DNA of 64,000 nucleotides. Source: a virus. The position numbers and the translations under genes are program-made. Every line of letters starts with the position of its first letter. The first letter of the stretch is position 1. The notes under the pieces are model-generated. The model searched no databases. It saw only the letters and a program-made list of their open reading frames with translations, and was not told the origin of the DNA. The stretch is taken from positions 32,001 through 96,000 of the IMG/VR virus record IMGVR_UViG_3300025009_000051; one strand, written 5' to 3'. Shown here in pieces: positions 27,724 to 37,315 of the stretch.

Positions 27724-29385
27724 ATGGCTAAAAAATCAGAAGTAATATTAGATAAAAAAACATTCATAAAATTAAAGAGGAAAGAAGAGTTTGCAAAGTG
27801 CAAAAAAGATCCAATTTATTTTATGAAAAAATATTGTAAAATTGCTCACCCTCAAAGAGGAATCATTCCGTTTGAATTATATCCATTTCAAGAAAATGTA
27901 GTACAACAATTAGAAGAACATAGATTAAATATTATATTAAAAAGTAGACAATTAGGTATTTCTACTCTTACTGCTGGATATGCATTGTGGAAATGTTTAT
28001 TTGTTTCTGGATTTAATGTAATTGTAATTGCTACTAAATCTAAAGTTGCTTCTGCATTAGTTAAGAAAGTACGAGTTATGTATAATGGTTTGCCTGATTG
28101 GATGAAAGATTCAAAATTGGGAACTAATAGAACATATGATAATGTTCAATCTCAAGAATTCGGAAATGAATCAAAAATAACTGCAGAAACTTGTTCAGAA
28201 GATGCTGGGCGATCGGGCGCCGCTTCCCTTCTTCTGATAGATGAGGCGGCCTTCATTAAAGAAAGATTAATCAATGATTTATGGTCCGCTGCTTGGCCCA
28301 CTTTGTCAACAGGAGGTAGCGCAGTAATTTTATCTACTCCAAATGGCGAAGGAGGATTTTTTCATAAAAAATGGACAGAAGCAGAAGTAGGAGATAATGA
28401 TTTTAATCCAATAAAATTGCACTGGACAGTTCATCCAGAACGAGGACAAGATTGGAGAGATGCACAGACAAGACAATTGGGAGTAAAATTAGCAAATCAA
28501 GAATGTGAATGTGAATTCACGAGTTCTGGCGAAACTGTAATAGAAGGAGACATTGTCAAATGGTATGAAGAACATGAAAATATAATAGAGCCATTATTAA
28601 AGAAATTAAGAAAAAAGTTTTTCCAATATACCGAAATAGATCCAACTAAATCTTACATAATTCCTGCCGATGTAGCGAGAGGAGATGGAACAGATAGTTC
28701 AGCATTTCATATATTAGATGCAGAAACATTAGAACAATGCGCAGAATTTAAAGATCAATTACCCCCTACTGAATATGCTTTATTATTATATTCAATAGCT
28801 AAAGATTGGAATAATGCTTTATTAATTGTAGAAAATACAGGATTAGGATGGTCAGTAATAGAAAAATTAATTGAATTAGATTATGAAAATTTATACTATT
28901 CTATAAAAGGTAACCCACACCCAGATCCAAATATGTATTTAAGAAAAGGAATAGATTTATTAAATAATGATAGTATGGTTCCTGGATTTTCTAATACATC
29001 TAAATCAAGACCATTAATCATAGAAAAATTTATATCTATAATAGAAAGTAAAGAAGTAATAATTAGATCTAAAAGATTATTAAATGAAATAAAAGTATTT
29101 GTCTGGAAAAACGGTAAAGCTCAAGCAAGAAGTGGTTATAATGATGATTTAATTATGTCATATGCTATTGGAGTATTTGTTCAAGCCTATGCACTTAAAA
29201 TAAAGCAAGCGAGTATAGATTTAACTAAAGCAACTTTAAATAGTTTTGGTAAAGATGTGGTAGAACAGAAAGAACAAATTCCATTGATATTTTCTTCTGG
29301 TTATAATAGAGCAAATCCTTGGAAAATGAATAATGGTAGAGGAACTGAAGATATTACTTGGCTGTTGAATAAAAAATCCAATTAA
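27724..29385 (+). CDS. terL: large terminase subunit (T4 gp17-like)
   Basis: IILKSRQLGIST (Walker A), LLLIDEAAF (Walker B), STPNG, ADVARGDGTDSS, YNDDLIMS. Confidence 0.95.
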   Translation: MAKKSEVILDKKTFIKLKRKEEFAKCKKDPIYFMKKYCKIAHPQRGIIPFELYPFQENVVQQLEEHRLNIILKSRQLGISTLTAGYALWKCLFVSGFNVIVIATKSKVASALVKKVRVMYNGLPDWMKDSKLGTNRTYDNVQSQEFGNESKITAETCSEDAGRSGAASLLLIDEAAFIKERLINDLWSAAWPTLSTGGSAVILSTPNGEGGFFHKKWTEAEVGDNDFNPIKLHWTVHPERGQDWRDAQTRQLGVKLANQECECEFTSSGETVIEGDIVKWYEEHENIIEPLLKKLRKKFFQYTEIDPTKSYIIPADVARGDGTDSSAFHILDAETLEQCAEFKDQLPPTEYALLLYSIAKDWNNALLIVENTGLGWSVIEKLIELDYENLYYSIKGNPHPDPNMYLRKGIDLLNNDSMVPGFSNTSKSRPLIIEKFISIIESKEVIIRSKRLLNEIKVFVWKNGKAQARSGYNDDLIMSYAIGVFVQAYALKIKQASIDLTKATLNSFGKDVVEQKEQIPLIFSSGYNRANPWKMNNGRGTEDITWLLNKKSN

Positions 29386-29404
29386 AATTAATTAACTGGA
29401 TTTT
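29373..29404. terminator. hairpin between convergent terminase and portal genes
   Basis: AAAATCCA...TGGATTTT stem. Confidence 0.5.
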
Positions 29405-29428
29405 AAAAATTATTTCTTAATGTATTTT

Positions 29429-32400
29429 TTACAAAGATTTTTTAACTGTATCTATCTTATGAATAATTTCTTCTTCAGTCAATATATTCTTTTCGTTTAA
29501 TAAATTAGTATTCTTCATTCTTTTAATCATTTCTTTTCTATATTGTTTTTTTCTTTCTACCAATCTTTTATTTGATTTTTCTTTATTTTTATCAAACTGT
29601 TCAAAAGTAGCTTTAATTAATCTTTGTTTTTTAGTATCTAAATCTTCTGCAGTATCTGATTTCTTTAATTTAGATTCTGACCAAGTATCTTCATCAGTTT
29701 TAGTATTAGAAGTTTCTTTAGTAACAGCTGGATCATTACCTTCTTCAGCAATTTGATTATATCTAAACATTCTTTTCAAATCTTCTGGAATATCTTTTTC
29801 TTGCCATTTTTTATAATCGTCTTCTGTCATATTAAATAACTCGGTATAAATCCATTCCATTGGAACTAATCTTGCTTCTATAAAACTCTTAGCTAATTCT
29901 AATTTACTTGTCCATAATTCAACTCTTTCTTGTTCTGCTAATTTAGAAGAAGTAGTTAATTTTAGTTCAAATTGAGTTAATTGTTCATCTGTAAATCCTT
30001 GAGAATATAAGTGTATTAAAGCAAGTTTTGTTAATTCAGTTTCTACTACTCTTTGAACTCGTTCTATTGATCTACTAAATCTAACATCTTCACTCGCGAG
30101 ATTCGATTTCGCATTCATGGATTCTTCGAAAGTTAGGAACGATTTTGGAATCTTTAAACTTGCTAATAAATTATTCATCTCATATTGAATATCTTCTAAT
30201 CCTGTGAATTCCATTCCTGGTAATGTATCAAATTCAGTTCCGCTTTTATCTCCTCGAACGGGTAAAAAGAAATCCTCCAAGCTTGAATTTTTAACAAATA
30301 TACCGTTTCTCGATTCTCCTTCATGAGTAATAGTAGCAAAATTATGATATTCGGCTACCGTCATACAATATACATCTTCTTTTTTTGTTAATAATTCAAT
30401 TTTTTTAATTTTATGATTTATTTTTGATGTAGAAACCTTTTTCATGAATTCATCTACATTTATATATCCTCTTTCTCGAATTGCTCTTTTAATTGTATGC
30501 ATCATAAATTCTTTAGGTTTTTTTCTACCTGCGTTTAATTTCAAATAATATTCATATAATCCATTAATATTATTCATCTCATCACATATTTTTCTTATTG
30601 TCATATTTTCATTTTCTGAAACGATTATCTTAATAGTATTAAATAAATAATCATCAAATTTATCTTTCATTGCATTTGTTACTTTTTCTTTATAATTTTT
30701 ATCTTCCCATCTTCGTTTATTTTCTTGTTTCATAAAATTCCTTTTCTTTAATCTTTCTTCCTTAGACATAGGATTTAATTTTAAAGTTAATTTTATTTTA
30801 TTTTTTATTTCGTTTGCTTTTTCAATTCCAAATACTTCTTCGTAAGATTTTCCCTTTAATTTATTTTCGAATTTTGATTTTTTTCCTTTTTTACTATCGC
30901 TTAATTTTTTTATTGTTTCCTCAGTTCTTATATAGGGTATCATATTTTCTTTCATCCATTTTGAATGTTCCGGTCGTTTTTTATCTTGAAAAGTTGCAAC
31001 CCTACCATTTTTAAATTGTTCAGAAACAACACCAGATATTTTTTCTCCTAATTTTTTTAATCTGATATCTGTTTCTTTAGTCTTGCCTTTGCTCCAAATT
31101 TTTAATTCTCCTGAACTAAACATTTCTTTTAATGTTGCTTTTCTTTTCTCATTAATAATATTTAATTCTTCTTGAGATTTATTATTCCACATCGTATTAT
31201 TTCTATGATATCTAATATGTTCTGAAGATGTCATAGAACAATCTAAATTATCTGGAGAATTGTTTAATTTTTTAAAATCCTTATGATGAACTACATTTTT
31301 GTTTGCATTATACTCATTTAGATTTAAAGCAGATGCAACTAATCTATGAGTATATTCATATTTTTCTGTTTTTGGATTAAAAATTAATTCATAATCTGCA
31401 ATGTTTTTTTGAGTTGATAAAGTAGTATAAAACGGCATTATAGATTCTTCTTCTTTTAAATCTTTAGCCATTTTATAATCTCCATTTCTTAACATTACTG
31501 GATGTGATGGCTCAACATCTAAATAACTACTATCATCTAAAGTTATTCTTATTATATCTGCTTCTTTAATAGTTAATCCGCACCATTCAACTTTTCCGGG
31601 TACAATTTTATTATTATCATTTTTATCTATAGAATATACATAATTTATTTTTCCTTGTTCATATTCTTCTGATAATTCTTTTATTGTTATTTCTCTTCCA
31701 TCTAATAAAGGAATTATTGAATACCATGCAATTGGCATAAGGTTAAATCTCATATTGTATTCACCCGTTTCCGGATCCATATAAGGAACCTTTTTCATAT
31801 TATTTATTACTAAATTCATATGAGCGGCTACTTCATTAGGTGGAATATTTCCTACATCAACTTTAATTACTCTTCTTTCAGGTGCTCTCATTATTCTTGC
31901 TAATAACATTGCATCTTCTAATAAAGTAATTCTTTTCCAAGTTCTTCTACCATTTTCTAAAATACTCTTACCATAAGGAATAAGATTAAAATCAGATAAT
32001 AATCTAAAATGCACTATTTCATAATCTTGAAAAGTTTTAATTTTATATGACGGAGCCATTTGCAAACTTAATGAAGGATCATATTTAAACGAAACATCTC
32101 CATTGTCTCCATCTAATCTTTGTATTGCATAACAAGATAATGGATAAGCATTGGTAATACCAATTTTTTCAGTAATATCTAATTTTAAAAATAAATCTCC
32201 ATATTTTACTAATATTCTAACCCAAGGCCATAAATTAAATTCTATGTTTAATATATCATAAAATAAATTTTCTAATGCATTTTTAATATTTTCATCTTCT
32301 GTATCTATATGAATTATTTCTCCGAACTCGTTCCGAGTTGAGGCCTCATCCGAATATATGTCGAGCGCCGAAGATAGTCTGGCATCTGCATCCATTGCTT

Positions 32401-32647
32401 CATAATCCATATACAAATTCTTTCTGGTAACTTGTATTCCATGCATTAAAATATTATCTGCATAAGAAGATTTCAAAAACCCAGAAGTCGTGTCTGCATT
32501 AACTATGTTTGTATCTAATTTTAATTTTGATTGAATTTTATCAATATCAAAGTTTCTTATCTTTGCATATTCTTGTCCTTTTAATAATATTCCTTTTCTG
32601 AATATTTTTTCTAATCTGTCGAAAAATGTATTGTTTTGTTCTGCCAT
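29429..32647 (-). CDS. portal protein (T4 gp20-like) containing an intein
   Basis: YEAMD..SALDIYSDE, LEDAMLLARIMRAPERRV, EDFFLPVRG..GTEFDTLPG; 589 aa after removing the intein. Confidence 0.95.
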   Translation of the reverse strand: MAEQNNTFFDRLEKIFRKGILLKGQEYAKIRNFDIDKIQSKLKLDTNIVNADTTSGFLKSSYADNILMHGIQVTRKNLYMDYEAMDADARLSSALDIYSDEASTRNEFGEIIHIDTEDENIKNALENLFYDILNIEFNLWPWVRILVKYGDLFLKLDITEKIGITNAYPLSCYAIQRLDGDNGDVSFKYDPSLSLQMAPSYKIKTFQDYEIVHFRLLSDFNLIPYGKSILENGRRTWKRITLLEDAMLLARIMRAPERRVIKVDVGNIPPNEVAAHMNLVINNMKKVPYMDPETGEYNMRFNLMPIAWYSIIPLLDGREITIKELSEEYEQGKINYVYSIDKNDNNKIVPGKVEWCGLTIKEADIIRITLDDSSYLDVEPSHPVMLRNGDYKMAKDLKEEESIMPFYTTLSTQKNIADYELIFNPKTEKYEYTHRLVASALNLNEYNANKNVVHHKDFKKLNNSPDNLDCSMTSSEHIRYHRNNTMWNNKSQEELNIINEKRKATLKEMFSSGELKIWSKGKTKETDIRLKKLGEKISGVVSEQFKNGRVATFQDKKRPEHSKWMKENMIPYIRTEETIKKLSDSKKGKKSKFENKLKGKSYEEVFGIEKANEIKNKIKLTLKLNPMSKEERLKKRNFMKQENKRRWEDKNYKEKVTNAMKDKFDDYLFNTIKIIVSENENMTIRKICDEMNNINGLYEYYLKLNAGRKKPKEFMMHTIKRAIRERGYINVDEFMKKVSTSKINHKIKKIELLTKKEDVYCMTVAEYHNFATITHEGESRNGIFVKNSSLEDFFLPVRGDKSGTEFDTLPGMEFTGLEDIQYEMNNLLASLKIPKSFLTFEESMNAKSNLASEDVRFSRSIERVQRVVETELTKLALIHLYSQGFTDEQLTQFELKLTTSSKLAEQERVELWTSKLELAKSFIEARLVPMEWIYTELFNMTEDDYKKWQEKDIPEDLKRMFRYNQIAEEGNDPAVTKETSNTKTDEDTWSESKLKKSDTAEDLDTKKQRLIKATFEQFDKNKEKSNKRLVERKKQYRKEMIKRMKNTNLLNEKNILTEEEIIHKIDTVKKSL
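30287..31735 (-). mobile_element. 483-aa intein with HNH homing endonuclease and NUMOD-like basic repeats
   Basis: Starts PIAWYSIIPLLDGR, block B EPSHPV, block F DVYCMTV..YHNF, ends FVKN followed by Ser; internal HRLVA...VHHKDF...NN..NL. Confidence 0.9.
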
Positions 32648-32694
32648 TGTTGATTTATTTTATAAATAAATATATGTTTGTTTTATTTCCTTAC

Positions 32695-33129
32695 TTAAAT
32701 TCTACTCTTGTATTCTTTTAATAATGTATTTATCAATTCTGATTTTTTAATGTGTTTATTTTCCAACCAGTCAATTATATCTTTATCCAGAGTTATTTGA
32801 ATATTTTTTTTAAGATTAGCGGGAGAAGATAATTTTCTTGATTCATTGTATTTTGGTTTGTGCTTTCTACCTTGTTGCCTATTATACGTATCAGAACGGT
32901 TTATAAACTCCCATGTCAATAGTTCTGCTTCTTTTTCTCTCATCTGTTCCTCATCATCATAATCATATAAAATTTCTTTCTTAAAATTTTGAAATCCATC
33001 TTGTAATATTGCTTCTGTTAATTCCTTTCCTTTTCCAATATATCCGTCTTGAATGTCTTCTGTTATATGTGAGCCAATGTAGATTTTACCATTTAATTGA
33101 TTTGTAAGCTGGTAGATTAAATAATGCAT
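32695..33129 (-). CDS. Seg-like GIY-YIG endonuclease with C-terminal ribbon-helix-helix-like domain
   Basis: LIYQLTN..NGKIYIGSH...GYIG.G; C-terminus KKNIQITLDKDIIDWL...KKSELINTLLKEY. Confidence 0.7.
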   Translation of the reverse strand: MHYLIYQLTNQLNGKIYIGSHITEDIQDGYIGKGKELTEAILQDGFQNFKKEILYDYDDEEQMREKEAELLTWEFINRSDTYNRQQGRKHKPKYNESRKLSSPANLKKNIQITLDKDIIDWLENKHIKKSELINTLLKEYKSRI

Positions 33130-33140
33130 ATAATTATTTT

Positions 33141-33452
33141 TTAGTTTGATATGAATGCTCTAATTATATTTTGTTCGTTTATTAATTTTCCGTCTGAGTG
33201 AGCCATTAAAACAATTTTTTTATCTTGATATAAATTTAAAAAATTTGAAAAATTTAGTTCTTCATTTAATGTATAAGATAAAACTTGTTTTATTTCACTA
33301 TTTGTGGGTATTTCTTCTAAAGCCGAAATTTCAGTTTCTATTACTTTATCGCCATCCCACAAAAAACAAGGCTTATCAGTTATAGAAATATTTGAATGCC
33401 CCAAAAGAATTAATAATTCATTTACCATTTGTTTGTCTACGAAAGATTTCAT
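33141..33452 (-). CDS. hypothetical protein
   Basis: 103 aa; TATATTTAT at 33485-33493. Confidence 0.6.
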   Translation of the reverse strand: MKSFVDKQMVNELLILLGHSNISITDKPCFLWDGDKVIETEISALEEIPTNSEIKQVLSYTLNEELNFSNFLNLYQDKKIVLMAHSDGKLINEQNIIRAFISN

Positions 33453-33695
33453 ATTTTTATTATTAAATTTGTTTATAATTGTATATAAATATAAGAAATA
33501 AAAAAAGAACTTAATTTTTTCATCTAACTTATATTTATTTTATAAAAGAAGTCTTTTCGGTTTTTTTAATCTTTTTCGTATTTTATTTTTTTATTTTATA
33601 TTTATTTAAAAATAATTAACTTTTTTTAATAGAAAACATCTATCATTTTCACATATCACAGAAGAAAAATAACGAAAAATAAAAATACTGTCAAT

Positions 33696-34547
33696 ATGGC
33701 AAAAAATTTTCATAAGAAATTAAAAAATACCGGAATTATATTTGAGTTGTTAATGAAACAAGTAACCTCAGATATCTTGTCCAACAAATCCAGCAAAGCG
33801 AAAAATATTCTTCAAAAATATTTTAATAAAGATACTGAATTAAGTAAAGAATTATTATTGTATCAAACTCTTGCTGAAGACAAATTCAAAAAATATAAAG
33901 ATGCAGAAATGTTATTAAACCTTTCTGTAAAATCTTTTAGAACTCTTAATTATAAGAAATTACAGAAAGAAAAATATATGCTAATCGGAGAAATTCGAGA
34001 TACATATGAAATGAAAGATTTCTTAAAAAGCAAGGTCAATAATTATGTTCTTTTAGCTTCTATCTATAAACTGTTAGAAAATGCTAAAATTAATATTTCT
34101 CCTTCTGAACTTGTTAAAGCAAAATCATTTTTAATTGAACATATATTAACAAATAAGGCAGCTAATAAAATTCAAACAGAATTAGAAGATTATAAAGGAT
34201 TAAATGAAGATTTAAGAATGCTTACTTATAAGATAATTGTTCAGAAATTTAATGATAAATATAAAGATTTAGATGATAAGCAAAAAAGTATATTGAAAGA
34301 ATATATTAATAATATTTCTGATTCAACTAAACTGAAAGAATATGTTGATAAACAAGCTTTAAATGCTAAGGTGATATTGACTAAATTAATTAAGAAAGTT
34401 AAAGAAGGAAATTTAAAGGTGAAATTAGAAGTAGTGTTGAATGAAATGGAAAATAAATTTAAAGGTAATGTCGCATCAGACGATCAAATATTGAACTTGA
34501 TGAGATATTATGAAATAATTAAAAATTTGAAAACTATTATAATCTAA
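33696..34547 (+). CDS. conserved head-module protein
   Basis: H.KLKNTGIIFELLMKQVTSD...KFNDKY...Q..ILKEYINNIS; first gene of the prohead operon. Confidence 0.7.
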   Translation: MAKNFHKKLKNTGIIFELLMKQVTSDILSNKSSKAKNILQKYFNKDTELSKELLLYQTLAEDKFKKYKDAEMLLNLSVKSFRTLNYKKLQKEKYMLIGEIRDTYEMKDFLKSKVNNYVLLASIYKLLENAKINISPSELVKAKSFLIEHILTNKAANKIQTELEDYKGLNEDLRMLTYKIIVQKFNDKYKDLDDKQKSILKEYINNISDSTKLKEYVDKQALNAKVILTKLIKKVKEGNLKVKLEVVLNEMENKFKGNVASDDQILNLMRYYEIIKNLKTIII

Positions 34548-34555
34548 AAAATATA

Positions 34556-35065
34556 ATGAACATAAAACTCTTAAATAAATACATCAAAAAATATTTAGAG
34601 GAAATAACCACTACTGCAAATGTAGCTGGATATAATACTCCGAATGCTTTTTCTACCGATATGACTCAACAAAAGAAAAGAGCTAAGAAGCAAGGGTATA
34701 AAGTTTTAGATGATTTAACTGGAAATAAAAAATCAGATTTAAAACCAAGAAAAACAAAGAAACCAGAAAAGATAATGAATGTTCCTTCTAATGTAATTGG
34801 TACAATAGATATTGAAAAATTGACCGAAGCAAATTATAAAGAGTTTAAATCAGATGATAAATTATCCACCAAGAAAAAAATTAATCAAGCAGTTTCTAAG
34901 ATAAACGGAGATTTATTTAGATTAGATAGAATGGTAAATCAAATTTATAAATTAAAAACTGAAACAGAATTCAGTTCAGAAAAATATTGGGCGTCTACTA
35001 AAAATAACTTGAATAAAGCCCAAGATAAATTGACTAAATTATTAATTAAAATGAAAAAAATATAA
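34556..35065 (+). CDS. conserved head-module protein
   Basis: YLEEITTTANVAGYNTPNAF motif. Confidence 0.7.
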   Translation: MNIKLLNKYIKKYLEEITTTANVAGYNTPNAFSTDMTQQKKRAKKQGYKVLDDLTGNKKSDLKPRKTKKPEKIMNVPSNVIGTIDIEKLTEANYKEFKSDDKLSTKKKINQAVSKINGDLFRLDRMVNQIYKLKTETEFSSEKYWASTKNNLNKAQDKLTKLLIKMKKI

Positions 35066-35068
35066 ATC

Positions 35069-35347
35069 ATGAATAAAAACGAAATTAAACTTAGAACAAT
35101 CATTCGAGAAGAATTGAAGAAACAATTAACAGAAGCAGTTGACGACAAATGGAAAAAATCAGACTACTCCGTAAATAAAATTAAAAATTTGCATTTTGAT
35201 TTATTTCAAAAATTAATGAAATCTATTCAAGTAGACAATGCAAAATCTACACCAAAAGAAGAATTTGATTTTATTTGGGAATCTTTAACTGCTTTATTTA
35301 ATAATACTAAATTTAGAGATGAAGTTTTTAAAGAAAATAATAAATAA
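35069..35347 (+). CDS. leader-family small protein
   Basis: MNKNEIKLRTIIREELKKQLTE. Confidence 0.75.
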   Translation: MNKNEIKLRTIIREELKKQLTEAVDDKWKKSDYSVNKIKNLHFDLFQKLMKSIQVDNAKSTPKEEFDFIWESLTALFNNTKFRDEVFKENNK

Positions 35348-35367
35348 TATTTTTTAAAACAAAAAAC

Positions 35368-35973
35368 ATGAAAGAATTATTAACATCTGAAATAGTACAA
35401 ATAAGAGTATCTGCTCAATTAATCAATGAATCCAAATTACAAAATAATGGAAGATTAATATTAAGAGGAGTAATTCTTCAAAGAGCAAATGCAAAAAATG
35501 CTAATGGAAGAATATATCCAAAACCGGTATTATTGAGAGAAGCAAATAAATATCAAAAAAACTATATCTCAATAAATAACGCCATTGGGGAATTGGATCA
35601 TCCTGACTCATCTACAATTTCTTTAAGTCGCGGTGCATTAAATGTAGTTAAGATGTGGTGGGAAGGCGACGATTTAAAAGGAGATGTTGAAGTATTAACT
35701 AATCTTCCAAATGGGAAAATCCTGGAAGGTTACCTTCTGCACGGAATAACTGTTGGTATTTCAAGTAGAGGATTGGGGTCAGTAAAAGAATCTGCAAATA
35801 ATACAGTTGAAGTTCAAGATGATTTTGATCTTGTCGCTTTTGATTGTGTGAGTACTCCTTCAACTCAAGGAGCATATATGAGATTGACAGAAGGAAAAAA
35901 TATGAACGCTGTTAATGAATATACTAAAGCATTAGAAACTTTGAACCAACTAATTGATGAAATTATATTTTAA
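35368..35973 (+). CDS. prohead core protease (T4 gp21-like)
   Basis: QRANAKNANGRIYP, AIGELDHP, GISSRGLG, FDCVSTPS. Confidence 0.95.
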   Translation: MKELLTSEIVQIRVSAQLINESKLQNNGRLILRGVILQRANAKNANGRIYPKPVLLREANKYQKNYISINNAIGELDHPDSSTISLSRGALNVVKMWWEGDDLKGDVEVLTNLPNGKILEGYLLHGITVGISSRGLGSVKESANNTVEVQDDFDLVAFDCVSTPSTQGAYMRLTEGKNMNAVNEYTKALETLNQLIDEIIF

Positions 35974-35978
35974 AAAAT

Positions 35979-36449
35979 ATGAATACAAAAGAAAAAATTG
36001 AATCATTGTTTAATTATTCGGGTGTAAGAGTAAAGCAAGCAAAAAACTATTTTGAAGTATTAAATCTTTCCGCCAGTAAGCACGATTATAAATCTGTAAT
36101 TAATGACATAGAAAAAGCTACAAATAAAAAAGTAGTAGATTTCCAATCTGATATGTTTTCAATTAAATTTGAATTAAAAGAATCTTTAAATAAAAAAAAT
36201 AATATGAAACAAAACGAAATAAAACTTAGAACGATAATTCGAGAAGAATTGAAGAAACAATTATCAGAAGGAAAAAACTTTGAACATATAATAAATGATA
36301 CATTATATCAAAAAGCAACTAAAGAAAAATTAAATGATAAAGAAGCTGAAGAATTAGGTAAGCTTCTTAATTGGTCATTAAAAAATCTTTGGTCTTCAAT
36401 TTCTTCTTATGGATATAGTCTTAATTATTCTTCTGATGAAGCAGGGTAA
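35979..36449 (+). CDS. two-module protein with internal leader at ATG 36204; frame reopens after TAA to 36545
   Basis: Internal MKQNEIKLRTIIREELKKQLSE; DEAG*GERDRILIGLKGVLKL...EKLK*. Confidence 0.65.
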   Translation: MNTKEKIESLFNYSGVRVKQAKNYFEVLNLSASKHDYKSVINDIEKATNKKVVDFQSDMFSIKFELKESLNKKNNMKQNEIKLRTIIREELKKQLSEGKNFEHIINDTLYQKATKEKLNDKEAEELGKLLNWSLKNLWSSISSYGYSLNYSSDEAG

Positions 36450-36611
36450 GGTGAAAGGGATAGAATATTAATAGGATTAAAAGGGGTTTTAAAACTGAAT
36501 GCACCAGTTAATGATATGATTAAAATATATGAAAAATTAAAATAAACAATAATTTTCAAACTTTTTATATTTATAATAAGTAAAAAACAAAAAATTTAAA
36601 CACAAATCAAT

Positions 36612-37314
36612 ATGAAAACATTCGTAGACAAAAAAGGTAATATCATTGAACCTTCAGATGAAATTATAATCAACACCAAAAAAGGAAATTTAAAAGGAAC
36701 GATTATATCATTAAAGGAAGGAAAAATAAAAGTAAAAATAGGTAGCAAAGTAAAAGATTTAGATTATAATACATATAAAAATTTAATCTTAATCGAAAAT
36801 ATTTCTGACGCTTATTCAGATAATGGACATAATATTAATCCAATATTAAATGAATTATTAAATGATACAAGAAAAGGAGAAAAAAGAGACGATTCAATTC
36901 AATTAGATGAAATGTTTGGTAAAGGTATTTCTACTATTTCTGTAAATACACCTAAAGCTAAATTTTTGTATAAGAAAAATAAATTGATTGCTTTGATTAA
37001 AGAAGCTAAATCATTAACAAGAGATTATAAAGAATTATTGCCGTTGACAGAACAGTTTAATAAGATGCTGAAACAATTGTCAGATTCAAAAAAAAAAATT
37101 AAATGAAGGAACCGAATATAAGGAAGGAGATATTATTAAATTCAAAGACGGTGAAGAATGGATTGTAATAAAATCAAGTAAACTAAGAACACACGGGCAG
37201 GTTGGATATGGAGATACAATTGCTATAAAGCCTTACAATAAACTCGCTAAAGATAGAAATATTAGTTTAGGAATTGAAGTAACTTCAGATTACATTGAAA
37301 AAAATACAAAATAA
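36612..37314 (+). CDS. hypothetical protein split by +1 frameshift in an A11 run
   Basis: Removing one A from 37088-37098 gives ...SKKKLNEGTEYKEGDIIKFKDGEEW...NTK* ending 1 nt before next ATG. Confidence 0.65.
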
Positions 37315-37315
37315 A

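Noticed and set aside
33540-33695. Structured ncRNA or origin in the T-rich/A-rich divergent gap
   Set aside because: The complementarity is only low-complexity T-runs versus A-runs; no specific stem or iteron could be supported
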